Source: an uncultured Candidatus Poseidoniales archaeon
Lineage (GTDB): Archaea; Thermoplasmatota; Poseidoniia; Poseidoniales; Thalassarchaeaceae
Reading direction: 5' to 3'
Assembly (NCBI GenBank): GCA_964645485.1
Contig: CAZXZO010000001.1
Span: forward strand, 2,711-66,710
DNA length: 64,000 nt
Shown here: one piece after another, positions 38,055 through 48,661 of the stretch
Numbering within the stretch: the stretch's first letter is position 1
Layout of the letters: each line of letters begins with the position of its first letter
Position numbers and translations under genes: made by a program
Notes under the pieces: model-generated
Told to the model about the DNA's origin: nothing
What the model saw: the letters and a program-made list of their open reading frames with translations, nothing else
Databases searched by the model: none

Positions 38055-39953
38055 TTATTCTCCACTTTCTAGTTGTGGAACTACAAACCAATGAGAATCT
38101 CCTTCAGGTCTGTCAATAATTGGTAGGCCGAGTACACTACTATCATCAAGTGATACACCGATTCCAGATACTGCACATGGAGAAGGCAGGTAATCTTCGC
38201 CTGATTCAGTCAATGTCACTCGAATCGCGTGCCCTGCTGGTAAATATACATCCATTGGATTAAATTCCATCAACATCAGATAATTCTGACCGGGAAGAAC
38301 CGCATTCGCCTCATAACCGCCATCACGGTATCGCAAATCCATAGTCGCGTGTCCTAGCCTCAATCCGGTTTCGTCATCATACATCGTCGCGAAGACCTGT
38401 CCACCATTACAGGGGATGAGAGGGCTTTGAACTGAAAGATGAAGGGTTGGTAATCCAGAGATTACTACATCTTCTTCAAAACTCGGAACAATAAATGAAG
38501 CCTCGATGTTGGATGACACCCAATTGCCTGTGGTTTCAGCAGTATCTAGAGAGATTAACTCCCACTGGGAATCCTCAGGAGGCCATTTTTCTTCGACATG
38601 CCAATGGCCATCGTTGGTTTGAACTTGAGCAATTGCTCCGGGTTCCTCACCAATACCTTTCAGATAATAACTGAACCAATTGTACAACTCTATTGCCCAG
38701 TCCATACGACTCATATTTGGGAATCCTTCGGCTCCATACCCACTACCCAGATCATCGTGCCTATCTGGTTGGTCAGGATAGTTATGGGCCCATTGACCGA
38801 CAATTGCGCGAGTATGTATTCCAGCATCATTGAGCCTATTGAATGTGGGGAATGCGTGGTATGGGTCTACATTCCAATCTTGGAATCCCCAAACAAGGTA
38901 AACACTGCCTTGATAGTTGTCTAGAACATCTTGTAGATGGTAACGCTCATCCCAATAATCGTTCCATTCATCTCCACCTAACCCAGCACCTGCCCAAGTA
39001 GTGAAAGGTGAAATTGGGCCTATGATATCGTCGCTACACATTCGCATATCGTCTTCGGTTGCATCAGTAGTTGCACCTTCGTATAGCACGTCGTAAAGCA
39101 TGGCGCGGGCCTCGCTACTACCGTTGCGGTAGAACATCTGTTGGACACCAATCGAGCCTGAAATTGGAACAATTGTCTTGAGATGTTCTGATGGATTTTG
39201 TGCTGCTTCCCAGTTGGTGGTACCAGCGTATGATTTACCCATTAATCCAACATTTCCATTACTCCATTCTTGCTCGCCTAACCATTGGACAGCGGCTTGA
39301 ATTCCAATTTGTTCACCAAGTCCTTTTACATCTTGGCAGTGGGTTGATTTACCTGTGCCAAAAGTGGATATTTGCGCTAGAGCGAATCCATATGGAACAA
39401 ATTGATCTAACACCCAAGCCCCAACACCGCCATCTGGCACTGTATTTGGATTTGAATCGTCTCCGGCTCCGGGTAAACCTTCGCCACCAAAATCATAGTA
39501 TGGATGCACGGTGGCAATAACCGGTACTTTTGTCCCATTTTCGACAACAGGCATCCACAAGGCTACATGCATCAATGCAGGTCCGGGGTAGCCTCCATCT
39601 TGTTCAGACGCGGGTAACTCAACTTCGACAAAGAACTCACTTGGACCAGTCCAGTTGTAAGGCCCTGCTTCGGGAAGTACTGAGCGTTCACCTGTCACGT
39701 TCAAACCCATAGTGTGTCTTTGCTCGAGTGGAACCTCCCACCACTCCCATTGCCCATCTGCACCATATCCTCCACCAATTTTTGAGACAGTGCCCCAAAC
39801 TGATGCAAGAACCATGAATATCACAATGACAATTGCAGTAGCACCAACAGCGAGATTCAACTGCTTTTTTTCTCGGCTCGCTTCATCATGCTCAAATTGT
39901 GGTACATTGGTTGGCGGTGAGCCGACTATAATGGCATCCAATGGCTCACCCAT
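38055..39953 (-). CDS. Membrane-anchored S15-family peptidase / CocE-NonD hydrolase (X-Pro dipeptidyl-peptidase-like).
   Basis: N-terminal TM and GLMGKSYAGTTNW (GxSYxG nucleophile motif). ~630 aa with a C-terminal beta-sandwich-length extension. Confidence 0.6.
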   Translation of the reverse strand: MGEPLDAIIVGSPPTNVPQFEHDEASREKKQLNLAVGATAIVIVIFMVLASVWGTVSKIGGGYGADGQWEWWEVPLEQRHTMGLNVTGERSVLPEAGPYNWTGPSEFFVEVELPASEQDGGYPGPALMHVALWMPVVENGTKVPVIATVHPYYDFGGEGLPGAGDDSNPNTVPDGGVGAWVLDQFVPYGFALAQISTFGTGKSTHCQDVKGLGEQIGIQAAVQWLGEQEWSNGNVGLMGKSYAGTTNWEAAQNPSEHLKTIVPISGSIGVQQMFYRNGSSEARAMLYDVLYEGATTDATEDDMRMCSDDIIGPISPFTTWAGAGLGGDEWNDYWDERYHLQDVLDNYQGSVYLVWGFQDWNVDPYHAFPTFNRLNDAGIHTRAIVGQWAHNYPDQPDRHDDLGSGYGAEGFPNMSRMDWAIELYNWFSYYLKGIGEEPGAIAQVQTNDGHWHVEEKWPPEDSQWELISLDTAETTGNWVSSNIEASFIVPSFEEDVVISGLPTLHLSVQSPLIPCNGGQVFATMYDDETGLRLGHATMDLRYRDGGYEANAVLPGQNYLMLMEFNPMDVYLPAGHAIRVTLTESGEDYLPSPCAVSGIGVSLDDSSVLGLPIIDRPEGDSHWFVVPQLESGE

Positions 39954-40019
39954 ATATTGCCGGAGTCATGGCTACGCCATGAGCCTAACGCTTGCCTAAA
40001 TTTGTGATTGTAGAAGCCA

Positions 40020-40922
40020 TCAACTGATTTTGACATCAACAACACAATGGCGAATGTGTGGTGCATACCACTTCACCTTGACTAGATTATTCACAGTGGC
40101 TTTGCGACCACTCATGCTTGCTAATTTTGATGCAATTTTTTCAGCCCATTCAATCTCATTTCCGCTAGGTGCATTTCCATGTAGGTGAAGGATTCCACCT
40201 TCTCCTTTTAGAGCAGAAAGTGCGAGACTCCAACCATCTTCTGATGATGGTAGCAGGCCAAGAATTACTCGGTCACAAGTGCCGATTACAGATTCCGCAC
40301 TGCCTCCAACATTTAGTGAAATTTGATTATCACCAGCATGAACAGTGCAGAATTCATTTACTCCATTTGCGACTAAATTATGTTTCAATGCGAAGACAGC
40401 ATCTTCTGACCATTCGCAAGCGTGTATATGTGCGGCCCCAGACCGCACTAGCAAAGGTAGAGTGTAGTATCCAATTCCAGCATACAAATCGAGGATAGTT
40501 TCACCCTTGCAATCAAATTCACCCATCCTACCTCTTTCAGGCAAATTTCCAGCGGAAAACATTGATTTTGTGACATCAAATGAGTATTCTATTCCATGTT
40601 CTTTGTGGCTAACCCATCCCTCATCACCCAAGAGTAGTTCCACATCTGGTCGGCGCTTGGAACCAGAAACTTCACCCTTTTTTCCTAGTCTTTTTCCACC
40701 TAGGGAATTAACAACAATTCTCCAAAGTCCCTCACAGGCAAAGTTCTCCCAACCCCTAAACGAATCAGTTGGAAGTAGAAGTAGGTCACCGTGTTTTTCC
40801 CATTTTGATGGTACAGAATTTAGTAATTCTTTATCTCCATTATTTTCATAGAGGAATTCATCCAAATTTTTCAATAATTTGGAATGTGGTGTTGGTTTTT
40901 TGTTTTGGCTTGACACCCTCAA
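40020..40922 (-). CDS. Trm5/Taw2 (Tyw2)-family tRNA G37 methyltransferase / acp-transferase (Met-10+ like).
   Basis: ILDLYAGIGYYTLPLL SAM motif, ...CDRVILGLLP... and NLVANGV motifs. It cannot be assigned to Trm5 vs Taw2 from sequence alone. Confidence 0.65.
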   Translation of the reverse strand: MRVSSQNKKPTPHSKLLKNLDEFLYENNGDKELLNSVPSKWEKHGDLLLLPTDSFRGWENFACEGLWRIVVNSLGGKRLGKKGEVSGSKRRPDVELLLGDEGWVSHKEHGIEYSFDVTKSMFSAGNLPERGRMGEFDCKGETILDLYAGIGYYTLPLLVRSGAAHIHACEWSEDAVFALKHNLVANGVNEFCTVHAGDNQISLNVGGSAESVIGTCDRVILGLLPSSEDGWSLALSALKGEGGILHLHGNAPSGNEIEWAEKIASKLASMSGRKATVNNLVKVKWYAPHIRHCVVDVKIS

Positions 40923-40993
40923 ATACCCTCCTTCACTTAACCCGTGATGGGGGAACCAAATTAAATGAATAGAGACTGACTAAGTAATTGTAG

Positions 40994-43900
40994 GTGAGGG
41001 GGTCGGGTTCTATGGAGTTGGTTAACAAATCACGAAAGCAAACAATACTTGCACTTTTGATAGTGCCATTACTTTCATCATTTCCTGTGCTTGGGGAGCC
41101 TCCACCAGGTACTCCTGAAGTAACTAATACCTATTGTCAAACTTGGAATAACGGAACTGGAATTTGTGATGATTACAATTTTGCTCATGATTTAACTCAG
41201 TCTAACGAATGGGTGCGTTCTAATTATAAATTTGAGATGCACAATACCACAACAATTACCATGACTCTTGAGTGGGAAATGCATGAGTTTAATCGTTCCT
41301 TAATTGGTCTTGAGGACATGGAATTAGGTGGTAGTTTTGATGAAAATAGCAGCGGCGCACCAGTAGATTATATTCGAAATTATCTCGGCTACACAACAAA
41401 TTCAGGTTTACAGGTGCGACAACTCATCCTCAACGAATTTTCATCCACGGTAGAGGGTTTAGTGAACGAAACCTATGGCGGTTCTGCTCAAGTAGAGAGC
41501 CAAATCGTTAATCAGGTGACAATTGAAGGACAGAATATAGCCTGCACGGATGATATGAATGAGGATTCAATTGACGAAGTTTTAGGATTAGCAAATAATG
41601 CGTTTAATCCGCCTCTGTGTTTACAGTCAGTAGCACAAATCCAAGTTGGATCAGATATTCTAGGGGTTACGGGCTCACAACTCGATGTAGAGAGGGGCTT
41701 CCGAGGATTACTTACTATGGGCGCAGAAATAACCTCCAACTTCACTTTAGTGTCAAGAGCGGGGCATCGTTCCACATTTGAGTTAATTCCACCAGATTAC
41801 GCTTCATTCTTATCGGTTGGTGGCGGTGGTAGTTTAGTCCCACATCAGCAAGGAAATATCCAGTACAACTCTGGTTCTTGGGTTACCGATGGGCTAGGTA
41901 TGCAAGGGAATACAAATACTCTGATAAATGCCTCAATTACCAGTATCTTGCGCGATGGTACGACCAATGCAGTATCTATTGACGAGAATGTGGACCATGG
42001 AATCTCTATTCATGCTGAAGTAGACCTAAGAGATTCAATCAATAGTAGAGTAAGTGCTGAAATGGACATACATTACCTACCTAAATCAATATTAGACGAT
42101 TGGGGTTTTTCTCTTGGTGATGGTAATATAGAATTACCTTGGATTACCAGTGATGGTATTCGGATGGCCCATGAATATGGGTTACTAGATTTAGATGAAT
42201 TCTCCAACATGATTCCATTGGAAGATGTCGAGGCAGCGGTTTACAGTGCTTCTGAAATTGAAATTGGAATGAAGCCTGTAACTTGGAAAGAACCCGATGC
42301 TTCTAGAGGCTTGAATTTCACTCATACACCAAGTGTTACTTGTGCAGAATCGGCACCGGTAACTCATTGTCTTAGTGGAGGTAGTGCTATGGATGGCACC
42401 TTCCCGGTAACTTTGGTCACGGCAAGTGAACCATTTCCGGCAGACCCTTTAGAGAAACTCACAGAATTAATTTCAAGACAGGATGGATTAGAAAATGTAA
42501 CATCAATAACCCAAGATGATGTTTCAGCATTACTCTCAGTACTAGTGTACCAACATCAGTTAGATACATCTTTCATTTCCGATAGTATCCCCGATTGGTT
42601 ACCACCTACCCAATTAGAAGTCACAATATTACTTCCTGATTGGATTGCCTCTGATGATGGTGACCCGCATTCAATCACTCTTACAGCATCTAGTGCAAGA
42701 GGTGAGGAAACTCCGTTGGCAATAACTGCACCAAACCCCTATCATCGTCGTTGGAGTAGACCAATTTGTGATGTTTCTGCAGCATGTAGTGATTCAAGTC
42801 CAGATTTAATTTGTCAATCAGATTGGCGCTCTTGTATCAAGATACACACCTCTCTAAATCTGCCTGAATTCGAGATTCATGAATGGAGCCAAGAAATTGA
42901 ATTTGCCGTCGAAGGTCAAATATCAATTGAGTTGTATAGGATTGAAATTCCACAAGTTCTGATTGAAGATACAGGCGTGGATATCAAAACTATGCCAGCA
43001 GATTCAATCCGTCACATAATCGCATATGGAGATGAACACGAAGGTGGAATCAATGGATTACTGGGTAAAACAATCGAAGTACCCTTAGGAGATGAAGTTC
43101 ATCATCTTGAACTCTCAAATGATGGTTTACAAGCATTTGCAAATTCACTGAGTGATATGATTAATGATGAAATTTCTACTATGCAACACTCAGATGATCT
43201 ACTGACTGTTGACCTTTCCAATCTACGTGTTTCAGCCTCAGTTGACAGAATGGAAAGGCCGTATAATGGAATTATTGATGACGATAAACCACTAAAATTC
43301 ATTCTACAATTAGATAAAACCATTATCAGAGCGAAATATCTTGATGGCTCAATATCTGTCAGCACATCCTCAGCACATGGGGTGGTACCATCATTGATGG
43401 GTGGAATGTTAGATGTATTCAATATTAGAAATGCTGCAGAATCAGATGGGGTTGTCACATTACCACCTGAGCCTGTAGTTGAACAAATATCACCCATGTA
43501 CATGGTGAAGGATATTGATAGTGGAACTGATTCAAATATGGATGGGAATTTGAACAATGACCGAGATATGGATATCCGCCCGGCTTTGGTTTTTGAGTTA
43601 ACCATGCCTAAAGGCTTGGAGTTGGAATTCACATCATCATTAGGCAGGGATGAGCAGAGCACCGTTGATGGTGACCGGCAGCATATTTTGTATCGGGTAC
43701 CACTTTGTGTCGGTGAAAATGCCAATGATTGTGATCTTGAGCAAAGTGACGAAATCTCACTGCAATTCACAGTAGGTTACGGTTTCTTGATTCAAGAATT
43801 GTTATCATATTTGATTGGTCTCTTAGCAATAATTTTCCTGTTATTCTACTGGCGTTCAAGACGTAAAAAGGAAAAGCGCGCAGCCAAACAAGAGAAACTA

Positions 43901-44041
43901 ATTCAGATTCGTTCAGTCAAGTCAAATACCTACGAGGTTGAAAGAGAATTACTAGGTGTTTCCCCGGTGAGTATGGGGGCAGAAAGTGGGACAGACATTG
44001 ACTGGACCGCTGGACTTGATTTAAACGATGATAATTGGTGA
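40994..44041 (+). CDS. Large secreted surface protein (1015 aa) with a C-terminal TM anchor and a ~70-aa cytoplasmic tail.
   Basis: Signal peptide ILALLIVPLLSSFPVLGEP. TM LIGLLAIIFLLFYW followed by RSRRKKEKR. No recognisable catalytic motif. Confidence 0.55.
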   Translation: MRGSGSMELVNKSRKQTILALLIVPLLSSFPVLGEPPPGTPEVTNTYCQTWNNGTGICDDYNFAHDLTQSNEWVRSNYKFEMHNTTTITMTLEWEMHEFNRSLIGLEDMELGGSFDENSSGAPVDYIRNYLGYTTNSGLQVRQLILNEFSSTVEGLVNETYGGSAQVESQIVNQVTIEGQNIACTDDMNEDSIDEVLGLANNAFNPPLCLQSVAQIQVGSDILGVTGSQLDVERGFRGLLTMGAEITSNFTLVSRAGHRSTFELIPPDYASFLSVGGGGSLVPHQQGNIQYNSGSWVTDGLGMQGNTNTLINASITSILRDGTTNAVSIDENVDHGISIHAEVDLRDSINSRVSAEMDIHYLPKSILDDWGFSLGDGNIELPWITSDGIRMAHEYGLLDLDEFSNMIPLEDVEAAVYSASEIEIGMKPVTWKEPDASRGLNFTHTPSVTCAESAPVTHCLSGGSAMDGTFPVTLVTASEPFPADPLEKLTELISRQDGLENVTSITQDDVSALLSVLVYQHQLDTSFISDSIPDWLPPTQLEVTILLPDWIASDDGDPHSITLTASSARGEETPLAITAPNPYHRRWSRPICDVSAACSDSSPDLICQSDWRSCIKIHTSLNLPEFEIHEWSQEIEFAVEGQISIELYRIEIPQVLIEDTGVDIKTMPADSIRHIIAYGDEHEGGINGLLGKTIEVPLGDEVHHLELSNDGLQAFANSLSDMINDEISTMQHSDDLLTVDLSNLRVSASVDRMERPYNGIIDDDKPLKFILQLDKTIIRAKYLDGSISVSTSSAHGVVPSLMGGMLDVFNIRNAAESDGVVTLPPEPVVEQISPMYMVKDIDSGTDSNMDGNLNNDRDMDIRPALVFELTMPKGLELEFTSSLGRDEQSTVDGDRQHILYRVPLCVGENANDCDLEQSDEISLQFTVGYGFLIQELLSYLIGLLAIIFLLFYWRSRRKKEKRAAKQEKLIQIRSVKSNTYEVERELLGVSPVSMGAESGTDIDWTAGLDLNDDNW

Positions 44042-44063
44042 ATAAAAAGAAAATTACCTTTCT

Positions 44064-46283
44064 TCAAATAAGACGCATAGCATCGTGTAATTTGTGTTGT
44101 AATTGGATGTACGCACTTGCACATTCTGCCATGCCAAATCGGTGCAAGGCTTCTTGCCAGAATTTTACCCGCTGTCTAGAATCAACCAAACCGCGCCAAT
44201 ACCAGTGCTGGGCAGATAGCCGCCTTGCTGTGGTTGTACCCATATCGGGTGGGTGTTCAACACCTGCTAAAATTTCTCCAATATCAGGGTCCTTTTGTTG
44301 GTGAGCATGGTTTACCAATAAGAGCCCCAGTGCACATCTTCTAAGTGGATTGCTTGTTCGTGAAATAAGGCTCATCACACGGGTTGGGTCACCCCCAAAG
44401 ACTAGGGCTGCACGGGCAGACATTTCCTCTATCACGGGGTCATCCGGGCTTGAGGTAGTGGCTAAATCAGTTCGAATTTTTGCTGCCACTTCTGGATTTC
44501 CTGCTTCCAAGGATAATGCATGACGAATAGAAGCAATAGTGACTAAAGCTGCTTTTCGATTGTTTGCTGTCAAAGAAGATACATCAACCTTTGAAATCTC
44601 AAGTTCAACAGAATCACGGGTTTTTTCGTCACTTGTTCCAGGTAGTCTATCTTCTAGTCCAAGGATTAAACGATTTAGCCGAATTTTTGCCCCAAGAGTT
44701 GGGTCTGCTTCTTTGAGGATTAATTCTTCTGCTTTACTTGCTTCATCAAATTCTCCTCGCAATCTCTTGGTTCGAGCACTCAGTAATCCCCACTGTGCAT
44801 CCTTTTGAAGGTCTTTATCACATCTGCTCAGTTCTTTTTCAGCGATTTCACCCTCGCCTCTTTCGATTGCAACTTTTGCCGATAAGAGGCGTAAACGGTG
44901 TGCGCTTGGAAGTATGCGGATGGCGTCTGAAATGATTGCAGCCGCGGCAGCGGAATCAATTGTTAGGATATCTTGAATCCCGTTTTCTAGAGAGTTAGAA
45001 ACCTCTTCTGCAGATTCTGAATTTGCTGCTTGAACTCGATGATATGCCTCATGTAATCTCGCCTCTGGCTCAATTCTTTCCGCCCAATATTTCGCAGCCA
45101 GAGAATGAATATCCCTCGCTTCCTTCTCATTCCACATTGTTCGACGAACATTCCTTACTAGGTGTTGGAGTTCAAGCGATTCTCCACTCCAGCGTAACAA
45201 AGCCGCCTCGTCTAGAGGTTCAACTCCTTCATCGTTGGCCATTTGGTCAGCCAAAATTGGTAGAGGTGAGGCGGCCAATTCATCTAAAGTTGTGATTTCT
45301 TCGGAAGGAAGTTTTTCCACTACATCAGTGCGAATAAATTCTTGAATTCGGTCATCCGCTTCTGGAAGAGAATGGCCTGGTTGCCATAGTTTCAGTGCTA
45401 ATGGATGGCCACCAAGACCACTAATCACTTGTTGAGCAGTAGTATCATCTAAGTCTTCAGGAAGTAACTTTCTAGCATCATCAACTGAGATTTCATCCAC
45501 TTTGAATTCACTCTCAACAGAAATTGGAGAGGGGGCTCTACATCCTATTGCGATAGTGACATCATCACTCTTTGCTAACATCTCAATCAAAGCCATTACA
45601 TCGGCTTTGTGACGCTCATGCACTGCTTGTAATTCATCGACTACAAACAGAGTTTTCTTAGAAGTATCAGAGACTGCAGAAAACGCTGCCGCGACATCTT
45701 TTGGACCATTTTCAATATCTAATAACTCAGATGAAAACTTACCAACATCATGGAATGATTGCATTGTTATCCAGTTTACATTCCAGCCATCCGAAAGGGC
45801 ACTTTCTGCTACCACCCTGAGCAGTGAAGTTTTACCAATTCCTGGAAGACCCACAACTTGTATTGTGGCCCCATTTTCTAATTCATTAATCAAAGCATGA
45901 AGCAAGTCTTCTCTGCCGTGAATATCTGTTAGCGGCGGTATTTGACCATGGATTTCCCCAGATGTATCAGTCTCATGTTCGGGTTCTAATTTTGCTACAA
46001 TTTTTCTGCCCTTTTCAGTAATATGAACCACTGTTCGTTTGCGGTGTCCCCCACCAATCACATGGGTTTTTCGAGTGTGCACCAAACCTTCCTTTTCTAG
46101 TGAAGAAATAGGTGGATTCAGTGCTGAGCGTACAACCCCTAACCTGTCGGCTAAACCTGGCAAAGAGAGTTCGCGTGGCACATCCCAAGCATCCTCTAAA
46201 GTGTCTTGAAATGTAGACAGAAGCCGCAGAAGTCTGGTCTGCGCTTCGGTGAGCATGAATTGCGAGGTAAGGCGTGGGTTCAT
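44064..46283 (-). CDS. STAND-class NTPase with N-terminal winged-HTH, central NB-ARC-like P-loop domain and C-terminal TPR-like helical repeats.
   Basis: wHTH (LSLPGLADRLGVVRSALNPPISSLEKEGLV). Walker A VVGLPGIGKTSLL. Walker B LFVVDELQ. GGHPLAL (cf. NB-ARC GLPLAL). ~350-aa alpha-helical repeat C-terminus. Confidence 0.6.
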   Translation of the reverse strand: MNPRLTSQFMLTEAQTRLLRLLSTFQDTLEDAWDVPRELSLPGLADRLGVVRSALNPPISSLEKEGLVHTRKTHVIGGGHRKRTVVHITEKGRKIVAKLEPEHETDTSGEIHGQIPPLTDIHGREDLLHALINELENGATIQVVGLPGIGKTSLLRVVAESALSDGWNVNWITMQSFHDVGKFSSELLDIENGPKDVAAAFSAVSDTSKKTLFVVDELQAVHERHKADVMALIEMLAKSDDVTIAIGCRAPSPISVESEFKVDEISVDDARKLLPEDLDDTTAQQVISGLGGHPLALKLWQPGHSLPEADDRIQEFIRTDVVEKLPSEEITTLDELAASPLPILADQMANDEGVEPLDEAALLRWSGESLELQHLVRNVRRTMWNEKEARDIHSLAAKYWAERIEPEARLHEAYHRVQAANSESAEEVSNSLENGIQDILTIDSAAAAAIISDAIRILPSAHRLRLLSAKVAIERGEGEIAEKELSRCDKDLQKDAQWGLLSARTKRLRGEFDEASKAEELILKEADPTLGAKIRLNRLILGLEDRLPGTSDEKTRDSVELEISKVDVSSLTANNRKAALVTIASIRHALSLEAGNPEVAAKIRTDLATTSSPDDPVIEEMSARAALVFGGDPTRVMSLISRTSNPLRRCALGLLLVNHAHQQKDPDIGEILAGVEHPPDMGTTTARRLSAQHWYWRGLVDSRQRVKFWQEALHRFGMAECASAYIQLQHKLHDAMRLI

Positions 46284-48040
46284 TGCCCTTCACCTTCCCC
46301 GATTGTCTAATGTCAGTGGATGCATCCAAGTTGCATCTGCCCTCAAAGCCGGGTGTTTATCTCTTCAAACGTGAAGATGGGATAGTCCTCTATGTTGGAA
46401 AGGCAACAGTATTGAAAGAACGAGTGAAATCTTATTTTTCAACTAATCCAGATCGTGATATGATTCCTAAATTAGTACAAGAGGCTGACAACATAGATTG
46501 CATTGTGACGCCAAATCCCCGCGAAGCGTTAACATTGGAGCGGGAACTTATTCGTAGCCATAAACCAAAATATAATTCTTTGATGACTGATGACAAATCG
46601 TATCCGTTTATTGCTATCACCGATGAAGAGGTACCTCGAATAATTTATACTCGGCACCCGCCGAAAAATGCAAGGCTGTGGGGACCATTTCCAGATGCGG
46701 GTGCTGCCAAACGGGTAATCCAACTTTTAAGACAGCAATTTGGGGTGAGGGATTGCCCGACTTTGCTTCCCCAAGGTTGTCTAGCGATGCATATAGGATT
46801 GTGTTCGGCCCCTTGCATCGATGCAACAGGATATCAACAACAAGTTGAAGCAGTTACTCAAGTCATGGAAGGCAATGCTGAGTCGCTTCTCAGCGCCTTA
46901 CAAACAGAGATGGATTTAGCAAGTGAACAATTGCAATTTGAAGAAGCGGCAAGAAGCCGCGATATAATTTCATCAGTACAGAGAACACTTTCCCAAAAAG
47001 TGGTTTCAAGCAGGTTTTACCAAGATGTTGACGCCATTGGATTTGGTAGCCGTGGCGACATTGGCGCAGTAGTATTTCTGCATGCAAAACAAGGGATAGT
47101 TTCAGGAAAAACTCACTATCCACTATTACATAGAGGAGATATTTCAGAATCAGTTAGTCTCATCTTATCTGAACATTATCAATCGCGACGTCCTCCAGCA
47201 AAAATCCTGACCCCAACTCCAATCGGTCAGCAATTAGAAGATTGGTTGAAAGAACGTCGGGAGGGTGCGATTGAAATTAGAGTTCCAATCCGTGGTGAAT
47301 TAGCAACTCTCAGAGCATTAGCAGACCAAAATGCAGATATGCAAGCCCAAAGGTCATTTGACAAGCGTTCGTCAGGAAACCTTGAGAAACAATCAGCCAG
47401 TGAATGTGCAACTTATTTGGAGGTCGAATCTCTTGACACAGTAGTTTGTTTTGATATGGCTCAACTCCAAGGTAATGAGAAAGTAGGTGCGTGCATAACT
47501 CTACGAAATGGGCGCCCAAACAAGAAGGATTACCGGACATACAAGGTGAAACAGGAAGTTTTTGATGACTTGAGGATGATGAGAGAGGTAGTAGAGCGGT
47601 GGCTTAAACGCCAAGATGAATGGCCAGACCTTCTCTTACTAGACGGGGGAGAAACTCATCTTTCCACCATTTCAGGCTTGCTTGAGGAACATGGGTTACA
47701 AGACCGGATTCCACTTGGGGCATTGGCCAAAAAGGAAGAGACATTATACCGGCCAAACAAAGATCCATTAGTTCTTGATAGAAGAGGCAGACTCCTCGTT
47801 TTTGCTCGTGATGAAGCACATCGGTTTGTCAATAAATTTCACAGAAAAAGGCGAGCAAAATCCACCCTAAAAGACCCACTAGAAGTGGTTGAAGGCTTGG
47901 GGGCGAAGAAATTGCAAGCGTTGCTACGACATTTCGGTGGTCGCAAGGGAATTGATGAGGCATCCGTCAAAGCGCTGCAGAAGGTTCCTGGTATCGGCAA
48001 GGCTCTTGCTGAGAGAATCCATAGCCATCTTCATGACTAA
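46274..48040 (+). CDS. uvrC: Excinuclease ABC subunit C. Likely start at MSVDASK (~46310).
   Basis: GIY-YIG motif GVYLFKREDGIVLYVGKA...LKERVKSYF, central UvrC domains, and C-terminal HhH (VPGIGKALAERI). Confidence 0.85.
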   Translation: MGSLPFTFPDCLMSVDASKLHLPSKPGVYLFKREDGIVLYVGKATVLKERVKSYFSTNPDRDMIPKLVQEADNIDCIVTPNPREALTLERELIRSHKPKYNSLMTDDKSYPFIAITDEEVPRIIYTRHPPKNARLWGPFPDAGAAKRVIQLLRQQFGVRDCPTLLPQGCLAMHIGLCSAPCIDATGYQQQVEAVTQVMEGNAESLLSALQTEMDLASEQLQFEEAARSRDIISSVQRTLSQKVVSSRFYQDVDAIGFGSRGDIGAVVFLHAKQGIVSGKTHYPLLHRGDISESVSLILSEHYQSRRPPAKILTPTPIGQQLEDWLKERREGAIEIRVPIRGELATLRALADQNADMQAQRSFDKRSSGNLEKQSASECATYLEVESLDTVVCFDMAQLQGNEKVGACITLRNGRPNKKDYRTYKVKQEVFDDLRMMREVVERWLKRQDEWPDLLLLDGGETHLSTISGLLEEHGLQDRIPLGALAKKEETLYRPNKDPLVLDRRGRLLVFARDEAHRFVNKFHRKRRAKSTLKDPLEVVEGLGAKKLQALLRHFGGRKGIDEASVKALQKVPGIGKALAERIHSHLHD

Positions 48041-48054
48041 TCTGTCTATTAATT

Positions 48055-48291
48055 TTAGATTTCAGCGCCAATCAGGGTACGTGTTTCGGTAATCCCTTCA
48101 ATGGTTCTAATTTTTTCAACTATACAGCGCGTTAGGTCAGCATCATCATCGGCTTCAACTTTTGTGATAATGTCAAACTCACCGAAAACACCCCAGCGTC
48201 CGGTGACGAGTTCAATGCTGTCAAGGGCTACGCGAACATCCCTTTCAAATCCTGCTTTTGTAACAATTAAAACAAATCCAACAGCCATCAT
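48055..48291 (-). CDS. Stand-alone RAM-domain protein (Lrp/AsnC C-terminal ligand-binding domain only).
   Basis: 78 aa beta-alpha-beta-beta-alpha-beta pattern: FVLIVTKAG...VTGRWGVFGEFDIITKVEADD...IEGITETRTLI. Confidence 0.7.
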   Translation of the reverse strand: MMAVGFVLIVTKAGFERDVRVALDSIELVTGRWGVFGEFDIITKVEADDDADLTRCIVEKIRTIEGITETRTLIGAEI

Positions 48292-48297
48292 TTCACC

Positions 48298-48531
48298 TCA
48301 GTAATCCACCGCGATTAGAGTCTCAGTCTCACGTACACCGTCTATTTGGCGTAGTTGCTTCATTAGAATAGAAGTCAAATTTTTGGATGTTTCACATTTG
48401 ATAATCGCCAGCAAATCATATTCGCCGTAAAGAGCGTGAGTTTCAACAACTTCACTAACCTCAAGAAGGGCTGAATATACCTCTCTTTCGCGGGCTGGCT
48501 CGGTTTTTAGGAGGATGAAAGCCGTCTCCAT
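48298..48531 (-). CDS. Stand-alone RAM-domain protein, tandem paralogue.
   Basis: FILLKTEPARE...THALYGEYDLLAIIKCE...IDGVRETETLIAV. Confidence 0.7.
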   Translation of the reverse strand: METAFILLKTEPAREREVYSALLEVSEVVETHALYGEYDLLAIIKCETSKNLTSILMKQLRQIDGVRETETLIAVDY

Positions 48532-48661
48532 GTTTGCCGCCGACTGACCACCCCATCATAACCTCATCTGTTTGTAGAAGGTGCGGTTTGAGAACTAATT
48601 ATTGCTCTAAACCACATTGTTCCATGCATGGGTTTATCATCTCACACCTGTATTCGTCTAA

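Noticed and set aside
43102-43770. 222-aa - strand ORF
   Set aside because: Antisense inside the 1015-aa surface protein gene. Ser/Ile-rich shadow ORF with no recognisable motif.
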